A DNA stretch of 64,000 nucleotides, from assembly GCA_010093995.1 (NCBI GenBank), contig ML992502.1, positions 1,458,635-1,522,634 on the forward strand. The letters run 5' to 3'. Positions within the stretch are counted from its first letter, which is position 1. Each line of letters begins with the position of its first letter. Both the position numbers and the translations under genes were made by a program. The notes beneath the pieces were generated by a model that saw only the letters and a list, made by a program, of their open reading frames with translations, was not told the DNA's origin and did not search any database. The stretch is from Elsinoe ampelina. Lineage: Eukaryota. Shown in pieces: positions 39,801-53,800 of this stretch.

Positions 39801-41885
39801 CTACTTGTTGCTACGCTTAATAGAGATCCTATAGTAAGTATCCTTTAGATCTAACTTTAAAAACTACTAGGCTTGCCTAAGCTAATTAAGCATCTTACTA
39901 ATAAGTAGAAGTAGGTAGCGATTCTTAATAGTTACCTTGTTTAAGCCCTAATAATCTATATATAAGCGTAGACTACTATCTTTCTTAGGTATAAATAGGA
40001 TAGAAGTACCTGCCTTGCTTATAGAGTGCCTAATTTACCTATTTAATTAAGTAGTCTCGAGATAGTTCTTAAGCACTTTAAGCTCCTTAACCGAGAGATT
40101 ATACAAGGGCTAGAATAGAGGCCTTTTACCTAGTTCTAGCTTAATTACATACTCGGCGCCTAGTAGGCGTAGTAGATTTATAATATTCTTATAGATAAAG
40201 ATATTAAAGAACTCTACGAACTCTAATAATAGAGCTAGGTCGCCTATAGCACAAGTGTAGTCCTTAGATAGAGTCTATACTATAGTATATACTTTTAGCT
40301 TGTTCCGGAGGTCCTTTATAAAGTCTTCTAGTTTATATAGGCAAACCGTGCGTAAGAAGTAGCTATATAACTAGTTATCTATAGCGCTATCTATAATTAC
40401 GTATTGTCTTCTCTACTATAGGCGCTCTAAAATAACTAGAGGGCCTAGTTCTAAGTCTATAGCGTAGAAGAGGCTAATTGTCTCCCTAAGGTTACTATAG
40501 AAGTCTACTAGACGTATATAAAGATAGTATATACTATAGTAGAATCTAGCTTACTCTATAAAGAAAGATATACTTAAATACTAAGTATACTTAACTCTCG
40601 GCAGATTATAACGAAGAGTAAATATCTAAGACATAAGATTAACTTTTATATAATTGTCTATAAGGAATATATAGTCTTCGCGCCCTATAGGCGCTATAAT
40701 AGCGCCGTAATAGAGTAGCGATAAATAAGCGTTAATTAGGAGAGAAGAAAGGCTTAGTTACGCTCTTTAGCTAAGCTCTTAGAGTTTACTAACTTAGAGT
40801 TATTAACCTTGTCTACGGTAGTAACCTTATATACCGCCTACGACTTATAGTCTTTCTATAAGTGCTTCGATCTATACTCTAGCTTAATTTAACTAGTTTT
40901 GCTATAACTATAGTACTTAGTGTCTCTCTTCTACTTGTTAGAGAAACCTCTCTACCTACTAAACTATTTAGTAGATAAGTTAGTAGCTTTATACTTGTAG
41001 TAAGCTTAAGAGCTACTACTAGACTAGTAGTAGTATTCTTCTCGAGGGCTACTATAACTACTATACTTACGCGGGTAGTTACTTTTATCTTCCTATATAG
41101 CGCGCTTACTACTAGTATAGTCTATAGACTTAATATATAAGCCTAAAGAGACTAACTTCTAGCGTATAGCTAGGATAGTATAGTGTTTAATAATAGTAGT
41201 ACGTAGTGTAGACTATAGCTTAGTAAGGAGGTAGTATACTCTCTACTCCTTAGAATAGAGAGCTAGTTACTTCTCGAGGGTAGTAAGCTCTAAGGCGAAG
41301 GCCTAGATAGATTAGCCCTTATATTATTAGGCTCCCTCGTATATAAGAGTTATATACACTCTATAATTAATAGAGTTATTAACTACGTTCTATACGAACT
41401 AGCGGAATTACTCCTACGTATAGTCTTCTAGGCTATCTACGTAATAGCGATAGTACTATATCTTATCTAGCTTACCTACGAGAAATATAACTCTATATAG
41501 TACCTTCTACTAGTTAGTAGAGTAAGCTTTAGAGACTAGAGTAAAGATAACCTCGAGATTCTTTAGAAAGGATCTTACTTCTTTTAGAGTCTTACTCTAA
41601 TAGGAATAAGGTTCTCTTAGTTAAGGTTATCTAGAGAACAGCCTTATAAATAGTCTACTACTACTATATATACTCTATATACTAGCGTTACTTACCGTAG
41701 GCTTAGTAGAAGTATACGAGCTATAGTTAAAGCCTCTTTAGTAGTATCCTATATTACATATATAGTATATTTACTTAATCTCTTCCTCGAGGCTCTAAGC
41801 CTTAAGCTCTAGCTCTAAATACTTACGCTCGGCGCGTAGGTGTAGTAGCTACTCTATAAGAGTTTCTTCTTCCTAGTGTAACTAT

Positions 41886-44800
41886 TAGGGCGGGGTTAGA
41901 GCGGCTAAAGGCCGACCTCAGTGCTAGTATAGAGCTATTCTTAGTAGGTTAGTACCTAGTACTAAACTAAATAGTACTAGCTCTATACCCTACTATATTA
42001 GCACTAGTACTAGTACTACGCCGAGCTATACTAGTACTAGCACTATACTATAGTTAAGCAAGAATAGTACTGCACTATAATAGCGCTATACTACACTATA
42101 ATAGTACTATACTAAATTAGTACCGGAGTTAAATTCTAGTATTATACTACGTTATAGTACTATACCTTAGTTAGGCTTTAAGGTAACTATAGCTACTATA
42201 CTATACTTTAGTATTATAATAAGTCTATAGAAAGGAAATTTAATAGTCTAGTCTATATAAAAATAAACCTACCTATTTCTTATAGTCTATTCTTATAGCA
42301 TTATAGAGGAGAGATCTTACTAATTAGAGAAAGTAAGTAGGTAGTACTTATTATAATATTTCCTAGTAAGCTAAGAGTCTTTCTATATAATAGTATAACG
42401 CTTAGCATAGATAGCGTTAAGATTATAGTCTACTATAGTTATTAGTATAAAGTATTATATATTCTAAATATATAGTTAATATACCTTCGAAATATTCTAC
42501 TAGTATTGCCTTACTTACTTCCTAGAGACACTTAATAGTATCTAGCGTAAAGCGTAAATCTCTACTTATAAGTGTTAACTTAATATCTTATATAATATTA
42601 CAAATAATGTAGAAGAAGAGAAGCTTATACATAAGAAGTTTAGTTATCTTCTAGTAGTAATAAATCTCTTAGAGAGTAATAGCTATACTATATTAGATAT
42701 AAGACTATAAGAATTTACTATAAGAAACTAACTGCCTAGCTTAAACCTATAGCTCTTTACCTAGCGAATTTGTCTAGTTAATACTAGTCTAAATTTTGTT
42801 ACGTAACTACCTATAGTAGGCTTTTTAGTAGCGGTTTTCTTAGCGCCTTACTTTCTTAGCTTTGCCCTTTTTAGAGGTGTTACTTGCTTCTTATAAGCTA
42901 TAGCTACGTAAATTTGTTAAATTAATTATTAAAATTTGTTTATAAAGGTAGAGAAGAGTAAGGCGAAAATACTAAGAGTAAGATATTAAGCCTTATTAAG
43001 GAATTTATAATAGCATATAGAATGTAATTTTTGTATTATTATTCTCTACTATAATAACTTTATATTAACAATATTAACAACTTTATATTAGTATAATAAT
43101 AGAATTAATACCTATTATTACTTATATTTCTAGCTACTCTATTTACTATATATATAAGAAATACTAAATCCTTCTCTCTTTATCTTCTCCTTATAAAACT
43201 TATATCTTATATCTTACTCCTTATTATACTTAATATTCTACTTTCTCTTATAAATTACTACTAATTCTTGATCTATAATATCTACTAATCCTATAGATTA
43301 GTAAACCTTTAGTAAAGAGAAAGAGATAACCGATACTCTAGTAATTAAGACTAAAGAAATAACTAAGAAAGAGAAAGTAATCCTTACTATAATAGGAGTA
43401 ATTCTTATAGATACTTCTTATAGTTAAATACTAACTAGACTATAAGGTTTTAATTCCGAGGCTAATAAGATTAAATACTAGATTAAAAATCGCTCTTAGA
43501 ATACTAGAACTCCTTACTATAGCTACTCCCTTAGAATTCTATAGTAGAAAGTATAGCTTAGTAATACTTAGCGAGCTATTTAGTAAAGAGATTATACTAT
43601 ATAAGCTAGTATAGAGGAGAAAGCCCTTACTACTACTAGTAATACTAATTACTCTATAAAACATATACTTAAGGCAAAACTTAAGAACTCTAAGAAATTC
43701 TAAGTAATATCTAATAAGGAGAAAGAAGCTACCTTTAATATAGCATATAAGAAGATAGTAGAGACTTACTATTATACCTAGTAGAGTAGTATATTTCTTA
43801 TAGTATATTCTTATAGTATATCTACTAATTCTATATAGGGGAATAGTTAAAGGACAAGTTTATATCTATCTACTAAAAATAGAGTAGTATCTATAAAGCT
43901 AATACTCTTCTTTACTATAAGTAACTCCTTACTAATTATATAAAGAAGGCGCTCTATAACAAGATAAATATATTTCCGAATTACTAAGTAAAATGTCTTC
44001 TTAGTACTAGCAAAATTCTTAAGAAATAGACCTATAAGATCTACTATAATAGTGTTAACTCGCTATATAATACTAGTAACTATAACGATAGTAACTAAGC
44101 TAAGTTTAAGAAGTTTATTAAGAATATAACACCTACTAAACTCTAAGTAGTATAGGTAGATAATTAGGTATATATTATTTCTTATAGTTGTTTCTTATAG
44201 TTATATACTAATCTATCGAAGTAAATACGAACCTACCTCTAAACTAGAATTTAAGTATAAGAATAATAATATTTTACTTAAATCTAATAATTACTATATT
44301 AAGTATAGTAATAATAAGGTTAAAGAAAAAGTTAAGAACGACTCTAAGATTAAGAACCTTCTTAATAAGGAACCTAACAAGTATAAGACTAAGGAAGTAG
44401 CTAAAATATACTATAAAGTAGTTACTACTAGGGACTTTAACAATTCTAATAAAGAGAATTAGAATAAAGATAATAATAAGGTAATAGATAAGAGTAATAA
44501 TAATAATAAGGAGAGTAAGAGTAAGAATAATATAGATAAGAATAAATAGATTAACCTTAAGTTAGGAAAATTAGACTATAGTTTTAGTAGCTTTCTAGTT
44601 CTATACTATTAAAAATTTTTTAATCCATAAATTAAGAGTAGCTGACAGATTCTTATAGAGTATTCTTATAGTCTTCTACTCCTTATTATATAGCTAGTAA
44701 TATTCTATATTTCTACTCTTAAAATGTTAGTGTTTAATAAAGACTTAGTCGATTCTTAACTATAGATGCTCTTAGAAGTTGTCGCGCTACTACTACCTCT

Positions 44801-47800
44801 CCCCTACGAGCTTAAAGAGTTTTATGTTAATTGCTAGAATAATCTATCCTTTACTTAATTCTATAAAACTATTAAAATTATTAGCTATCTACTCTACTAA
44901 CTAGATATACTACTTAAAGAATAGCTAGCTATATAAGTCTAGAAAATATAGTAGCCTATAACATTAATAGGTAGCGAATTAAGAGTTAGCGGAATACGAA
45001 ACCTACTAAACTAGAATTCTATAACCTACTATAGAGTTATTTAGGCCGACTTTAATAAAGGTGCTAAGCTTACTAATAGAACACCTCTTATGTATTGTCT
45101 CTACTATAGTAGAGCTTTATAACACCTAATAACAAACTCGATTAGTATTAAACACCTAATAAAACATCTTAGATGCTAAAGCTACTAGAATATAAAATCT
45201 CCTAGCTATAAACGATTAGTAGCTTAGATAGCTCTAACATAATTAAAAGTAAACGCTACTAGTACTATATCCTATATACTATAATTCTCCCTAGAACAAT
45301 TTAAAAAAGAGCTTATTAAGGTCCTTATTAATTATAATTAGTTATTCTAAATAGTCGACAATTTCTCCTTTCTTTAATTTATATATTTCCTCTAGCTATA
45401 TACTAATATTCTAGGTCGGACGCGGGCCTTAGGGCTATTAAAAGAGTACTATAAGGACATTTAGTCTAATCTTCTTACTAATCTTAGTAGTTAGACAAAA
45501 GTTTTAATTATGCTAGATAGCTAGTCTATAAATAACTATCTAAGTTTTGTAGCTATAAAGGTATACTATATTAACGATAACTAGTAAGTATATAAGTGCC
45601 TACTAGATTTTATACTAATTAGTAGATAGTATACTAGAGTTACGCTCGGCATAGAACTACTAAGGGTTCTAAATGAAAAAAAGATTAATATATACCTTCT
45701 TACTATTATAGTAGACAATGTAAGTAATAATAATACTCTATAATCTAAAGTATAATAAGGTCTTAAGAAGAAGAGTATATACTAGTCCTCTATTAAGAAT
45801 GTAATTCTATATCTAGCCTATATAATTAATCTTATTATATAAGATATTATTTAAGCCCTATAGCTAGAAACTACTAAGGATAATAAGAAAGCTAATAAGC
45901 TTAAGAAGTAGCATCTCTATAATATTTAAATAACTCTATTAGTTCTAAATTTCCTCTATAAAGTAAGTTATATTTCTTATAGTTCTTTCTTATAGTTTTT
46001 TAACTAATTTTAAAGCTCTATATAATTTGTATTATAATTAACTAATCCCCTTAACGCTACTAACACTTTAAATCTCTTTAAGTGTATCTACCTCCTTGTA
46101 AATAACTCTTAGTTATTTAAGATATTTATACCTATTAGAACTCGATATATAATATATATAAGTAAGCTATTAAACTTTAACTAATTATTAATAAATAGCT
46201 TAACGCGGAGATTATAATTGTATATAAGCCTTAAACTAATAAAGCGCTAGCTAATTAAGACATAGCATCTATTAATTACATAGATATAAAACGCCTTTGC
46301 CTTAGCTATACCGAATAGGTATATCTAAAGATTGTTATCTAAATACTAAAGAATTTTAAGAATATAACTAACTAGCTAAGTTAGTCTTATACGCTATTAG
46401 TACAATATATATAGCTTATATATAATACTCTTTTCGACTTCCTTAATGTAGTTAAGTCTACTTAGGAAGAGAATAATAACTTAGACTAGCTATTAGTCGT
46501 GCAAAATATAGCGAAAGCTAGTCGTACTAAGCTTTCTAAGTATTATAAGCGAACAAGTAGAGGTTAAGGTTTCCTGTTTAATTATAGTATAATCTTAGAT
46601 CTAACTTAGAAACTTAGTACGTACAAGTATACTTTATAGGAACTATATTTTAAATCGCTTTACTATAAATAGTTCCTTAACTACCTTAATTACTATAATA
46701 ATAACTACTCTTCTTAAACTACTCTCCTATCTCCTCTACTAGCCTTGTCTATTACTTACTAGTTTAAGAAGCCTTCCTTATTAAATACAAGGAGTAGCTT
46801 TATAATTCTAACTAGTAAGACAAGAGGTTAATTACGTCTATTTATTAAGATATTAAGACTTAGAAGAAGAAGAAGAAAAGCTAGTATATAAAGCATATAT
46901 AATATCGAGAGCGGAGCAGCCGGAAGTCTAGGCCGTAATACTAAGATTACATAACTAATCTAAACTAGATCCTAACTGAATCTAGTTCGTATCTATCTTA
47001 TATTACTACCTTCTCTCTTAAGCGCGTTTACTCTTAAACGCTATTATATATTATTTATTAATCTATTTTAGCCTTAGCTTATCTATATAAGAGTCTAAAT
47101 AGTTACGTAGCACGTTAGCTACTCCTTTAAGATTGTTAATTAGCCACTAGGTAAGATCCTCTAGATAGTCTTTCTAGCTTATATAAGTAACTAGCTTTCC
47201 TCGTAGTAAGCGTATATTAATTATATTGTCTACCTTATACTTCTCTTTACTATTAACCTCTATCGGAGGTAGTTCTTTAAAGGCTTAGCCTAGTAAGGGG
47301 TTGTTCGAGTGTTTAGTAAGTAGGTTAGTGTAAAATACTAAGTAAATCCTTTATAGAGAGGCTAGTAAATTAAGCTTATATACTAGTAGTAATTGTTTCT
47401 TAAGAATCTTATAGGGACCGACATGCTTTAGTAGTAGCTTTAGATTGCCTTATAGCTAGAGGTTCTTCGTTAATAGCTAAACTAAATTGCTAGCCTTAAA
47501 CTCTATCGGCTAGTAGTGCTTATTAGCTTATTCTACTATCCGTAACTATATAATAGCGAGGTTAGCCTTAGTAATAGCTAGTGCCTCTTCTAGTTACTTA
47601 GCAAGTGTGTAGATATCGACCTTATTTAGCTTAGCTCTTATTAACAGTACGTTAGAAGGGGGCTAGAAGCTTAGCCTTAGCTTATACTCTCTAGTAACCT
47701 CGAATAGCGATAACTTAGTACTCTCTAATAGATTAATATTAGTAGAGAATTCTACGACTAGTAGAACAAGTGTCTAATTACTAAAGCATATAGTATATAA

Positions 47801-50800
47801 ATAGATAACTCGCTTAAACTTGCAATTTATAACCTCTAATTAGCTATCTGTTTATAGATGCCCTATAGTAGATAGTTTAGTAGTAATCTTTAAGATTTAG
47901 TAGAGCCTCTTCTATACGTCGCTAACGAACTAAGGGCTATAATCTAAGGTAATACTATCTAGTAGACTATATAGTTTCTACACGTAGAAGAACAATAGCT
48001 TAGTAGTCTCGAATACTAAAGTACTACCTTCTCTAGAGAAGTATAGGATTAAGTGCTATTCCTTAGATAGGTAGTCGACGACATAGAGCACTACGTTACA
48101 ACTATCTACTAAGGGTAGACTAGTAACGAAGTCTATAGTAATATATTACTATAGTCTTACTAGAATAGGTAATAGAGAGAGGAGACTAGCTAGTAGGCTA
48201 TAGCGAGCCTTTAACTGTTTATAGTTATAGTAGTTAGTAATAAACCTCTTTACGTTACTATCGCATCTAGAAATATAGAAGGTAGTTTTAATTATAGTAA
48301 ACATCTTAGTAGCTTCCCTGTGTGCGTAGTCTTTTAATATATAAACCCCTTAGATAACTTTTACAGCTATAGAGAAAGGCATAATTAATCGGCCGTTAGC
48401 CTATAGTATCTCCTTCTCGATTATAATATTAGTCGACGGCAGCTATTTCCTCTTTAGGAAGGCCTCTATTATACAGTAGATGCCGCGAACTGTTTTAAAG
48501 TTAGAGTCTCGTAAGTTAGCTTTAGCTACTTTATTAAACAATAGTAAAGTTTGCTCTCTTAAGGTCGAAATAGGTGCTATATAGGTGCCTAGCTTACGAG
48601 CCGAAATAGGCGGCAAACTAGTTCCTAAACTAGGTCCTAGTTTAGAAGCTAAACTAGATAGTAGTATAGGTAGTAAACTAGACAACGAACCGGTTCTTAG
48701 TTTAGCTTAAGTTGCGAATCTAGTTCAAATGCGGCCTAGATTTAGTTCGTTAATAATACGCTAATTAAGCACTTTATGTAGTAATAGCGTCTAGCGCAAG
48801 TTAGAGTTCTCCTTCGAGCGTAGTATATCTCTATTCCTTATTATAAGGGCGTCGGCTTTGCCGTTAGCTACGCTAGGCCTATATATAATTTTAAAGTTAA
48901 ACTACGTAAGGTAGAGGGCCTAGTATACTTAGCGGCGTAATAGCTTCTAAGTCTTTATAAAGTGTATTAAGGATTAGTAGTTAGTAAGAACGTAGATAGC
49001 CTTATTAGATTAAGTACTTATAAGCTTAGAGGCCTACTCTTCGAAGGCTTAGACGATAGCTAGTAGCTCCTTGTCGTAGATAGTATAGTTACGCTCGGCT
49101 TCGTTTATAGACTTACTAAAAAAGGTAATAGGCTAGAGGACGTTAGACTTATTATATTATAATAGAATCTCTATAGTAGTAGTGTTAGAAGCGTTAGTCT
49201 CAAGGACTATCTACTTTAAGCAATCGAAATACACAAGGATAGACATACTTATAATAGTGTACTTTATATAGTTAAAGGCAGTAGTACATTTGTCGTTCTA
49301 TAGCGTAGTATCCTTCTTAAGTAGGTCGTTTAATAGCTTAGCGATAGTGCTAAATCCCTTAATAAAGCGGCGATAGTAGCTATAGAAACTAATAAAGCTT
49401 CTTACCTAAGTAGTATTACTAGGAGCTAGCTATTTCTAGGCTTATATAGCTTCTATCTTCTTTAGATCCATTTTAACTCTATCTTAGCTAATAATAATAC
49501 CGAGATACTTTACCTCTATTAGGTAGAACTTGCTCTTCTTAATGTTAGTATTTAGGCCTAATCTATAGAGCCTCTAGAGCACTAGCTTAATATACTCGGC
49601 GTACTCTCGGTAGGAGCTATTTATATAGATAAGAATATTATCTAGGTAGATCGACACGAAGCGCTCTAGTATATTAACAAAGTTATAATTTATAAACCTC
49701 TACTAGACTATAGAGGCATTAGTAAGGCCGAATAGTATTACTAGCTACTTAAAGTTACCTATATGTATAGAGAACATAGTAAGATCTTTACTATTAATAG
49801 AGTTATAGAGATAGTAGAAGGCTTAACAAATGTTAATCTTACTAAACTATTTAGCCTTACTTACGCACGTAAGTGTTTCTTCGATAAGAGGTAGAGAATA
49901 GACATCTCGCTTAGTTACCTTATTAAGGCTATAGTAGTTAACGTAGAGACAAAGTCCTCTATCTAGCTTATAAATAAAGAGAATAGGTAAGAAATAGCTA
50001 GCGGAACTTAGTGTAATAAAGCCTTTATTAAGATGTTCTTAGATAAATTATTCTACTATATTAAGTTCTTCTAGCGATAGGTAGTATAAAGGCTCTATAC
50101 GTAGTAGCTTAGTACTATCTTTAAGTATAATATAGTTGTTAAAATCCGGCTAATACTAAGGGAGCGTATTAGATTATTCTTTAGAGAAGATATTAGTAAA
50201 CTCCTATAACTCCTCTAGGAGAACTACTATAGAATCTAGTTCTAGCTCGGAGGCTATCTAGTAGTAGTCTTTAATATTCTTTACCGAGATTATAAACATC
50301 TCGTTCTCTTAGTATTTAGCTACTAATATAAAGGTAGCTACGCTAATAAAGGTAATAGTTAGCTCTTCTTATTTAGTGTTACTTACATAGGTAGGTATGT
50401 AGAAGAACTTATATATTAACTAAGTACTATAGGAGATTAGCTTAAACTCTCTCTAATTTAGCTTAAAGTTTAACCTAAGAGCTAGTAGCCGATATAGTCT
50501 AGTTTGTCCTAACTTAGTAGCTAAGCTAGAATCTAGTTAGCGAGCTAAACTAGAACCGAACTAGTTCTAAACTAGAATAGAGATTTTACTAAGCTAGATT
50601 CCTAAATCTAAGCTAGGCTTAGATCTAGATTCTAGTCTTTTAATTAGCTACGGTAGCTCTTACTTAATAACGACTAGTAAAAACTCTTCTTTATATATAA
50701 CTTAGCTATACTTATAGTCGATAGTAGCCCTATTAGCCTTAAGCTAGCTAAGGCTAAGAATAATGTTAAATCGGCTAATATCTATAATACGAAAGGTAGT

Positions 50801-53800
50801 AAGGTTATTTAGCTTACTAGAAACGGTAGTAGTAAGGGGAACGCTATATATAACTTACTCTATTAGAACACCGTTATAGGCTTAAAGCTAAATAGAGCTA
50901 GCTAGTACTACGGGGTAGCCGAAGCTCTTTAGCTTATTAAGAATATTATAATTAACTACGGCGCTAATAAGCGTACTAGTGTTAATAAAGGCTTAAAGTG
51001 TAATAGTGTAAGAGTAGTTATAAGGGTCGTAAATAGTAATAGGAGTTATAATAGCGGGAATGTAGTAGCTAATAACGCTATTTAGTAACTATATACCTCC
51101 GGATCTATCTCGAATTACTCTTATTTCGCTAGAGAATAGAACTTATCCTCTAGCTACTTATTTCTCTAGCTAGAGTAGCTAGTAGACTTATAGTCTATTT
51201 CGGGGTTAAACTAAGGCTAAACTAGATCTAGTTTATAGGCCGAACTAGTATCGACCTAGTTACTTAATTTAGCTAAGCGATTCTAAAGCTACTATATCTC
51301 CTCTATAGCGCTAATACGTACGGGGTATATAGCGGCGTAAGTAGCCTTCTCTAAGGCGCTAGCTATACACTTAGTAGAGATATATCTAGGCTTACTATAT
51401 GTGTAATAGGTAAGTACTAGAGCTAGACGAAAAAGCTACGGAGTACCTCTAGTAATAGAGTAGAAGGTAGGTAGAGCTATAGGCGTAGAGGTAGAATAAG
51501 GTACGTAAGTAGGTATAATAGTAGTATAGCTTATAGCTAGTATAGAACGTAAAGCCTAAGTACGCTTAGTAATAAGGTTATTCTATTAGATATTATAGTT
51601 AGTAGTATAGGCCTTAGTAATAAAAGTAGTAAGGTTATTAGTATCGTAGTTAACTAGAGCATTATATAGCTTATTAGATATCTTCTAACGGATCTAGTAT
51701 AGCTACTTCTCTTTAGCGATCTTAGCGTAAAGAGCATACTTATTAAACTCACTAACAAAGGAGTTAAATATACTATTACGCTAGAAGAGGTTAGTAAACT
51801 AAGTACGTATAGTAGCCCTATAGTTAGAATCCTTAAAGCGCTAGGCTAGGAGAGTAAGAACCTCTTTAACGCTAATAACGTTATTACTAGCTAAGTCTAT
51901 AATAAGGGTATAGGCTTCTCTAGAGAGGCGTAAGTATAGATAGGTAAACTAGGTATCTCTCGTAGAGAAATAATCTATATTAGCGCGTATCTTATTCCTT
52001 ATCTAGTGCTTAAAGACCTTAAACTACTCTAGTGTACCTATACTAAAGATAGTAAGGTCTAGTATCTTTTCTAATAAGGTAGAGCTACGTATAGAAAGAG
52101 CTAGTATACTACGCTCTATTTCGTTTTTTAGTCGGTTTACCTTAGCCTTAAGCTTTTAGATTTTGTCTAGGTAGTAAGTAGCTTAGGTAGTAACGCCGTC
52201 GGCATAGGACTAAGATATGTCTAGTTCGAATTAGAGGTTACTAAGCTAGGCCTAAGTAGTATCTAACTTATAGTAATAGTAGAGAGCGTTAGTATAAGTG
52301 CCTTTTACCTACGCGGTCTACTTATTATAGAAGGACTTAATATAGTTAAATACGTCTCTTAGTGCCTATATACTATACTCTTTCTATAGCTTCTTAAGGA
52401 GTATAGCGTTAGAGAGAGCAAAAAGATTATAGTAGAGAGAGTAGATAGAAGTGTTATTATTGTTAGGGATAGATTAAGGTAGCTTACTTTAGTAGCGCTC
52501 TTTGTCGCTATAGTTAGATCGAGCTATACTTAGTATAGTTAGTTATAAATAAAACAGTGTAAAACGTTAATACGTAATAAAGAGAATATTAAAATTTTTA
52601 GCTAGTAGTCTACTTCCTTTAAGAGTCGTCTATAACTCGACTTATTACCTTCTTCTTATATCTTTAAGGTTTATAGTATTAACCTATATAGTAGTAGTAA
52701 GGATCTATTATAGTGTGCGCGGGAACTACAGTTATAATAGCTTCTTCTTTAATTCTTTAATTCTTTATAAGTGGTAGTTATTAGTAGTTATATAAGTAGT
52801 AGAATAACTAGATAATTTAATAGCTCTATCGCTTAGTTACGGTCGTTACGAAGTCTCGATATAGTAATTCTAACTAGTAAGATAAGAGGTTAATTGCGTC
52901 TATTTATTAAGATATCGAGACTTAGAAGAAGAAGAAGAAAAGCTAGTATATAAAGCATATATAATATTAAGAGCAAAGTAGCTAGAAGCCTAGGCTATAA
53001 TACTGAGATTACATAACTAATCTAAACTAGATCCTAACTAAATCTAGTTCGTATCTATCTTGTATTACTTTATATCTCTAGTATCTAGCTAAGATAATAT
53101 ACTTTCGTAAGAGTAGAGCGACGTCTATATAATAAGAATAGAAGAGAAGAATTACCTTAGAACTCTACCTATATAGGAAACATTAGAATTTAATATTCTT
53201 TCTTAGTAGAAAGAAAATAAGCACTTATTCCTACGACTAGCTCGTGTTACTTATAATGTTCTTATAATACTAATCGCTAGCGTAGGTATTAAATGTGTTT
53301 TTAATATAGCGAAGAATGTTATTAGCGATTAAAGGCATAAACTACTTCTGTAGATAATCTAATAAATTATAGTCTCTAAGCTAGTAAAAAACAATCTTTA
53401 AAACATTTAATTAGCTAAGATAGACAATTTTACTACTGCTAACAATAATGTTAATAGCGGGATAGACAGTATAAGCGACAACTTTAGAGATATTACTACC
53501 TATAGTTTAAGTAATAAAGAGATTAACGAGGAAGAAGAGCATAATAAGGACAAAGATCTACTATATAACATTACTAAAGTTAGAGGCTAGTATTCTAAGC
53601 GTATCTAGTTAATAGCCTCTAAGTAATAACGCTCTTATAGTATCTATACTAATATCTACTCTAAAGCACTTCTACGCGTACCTTCCCTATTACTATATAT
53701 AATTCTACCTACTAATACTAATAGTCTCTCTTTGTTAGCTACCCTAAGGAAGCTTATTCCCTTGCCCGCTAGTATCTTTAATATAACTATATTTATATCT

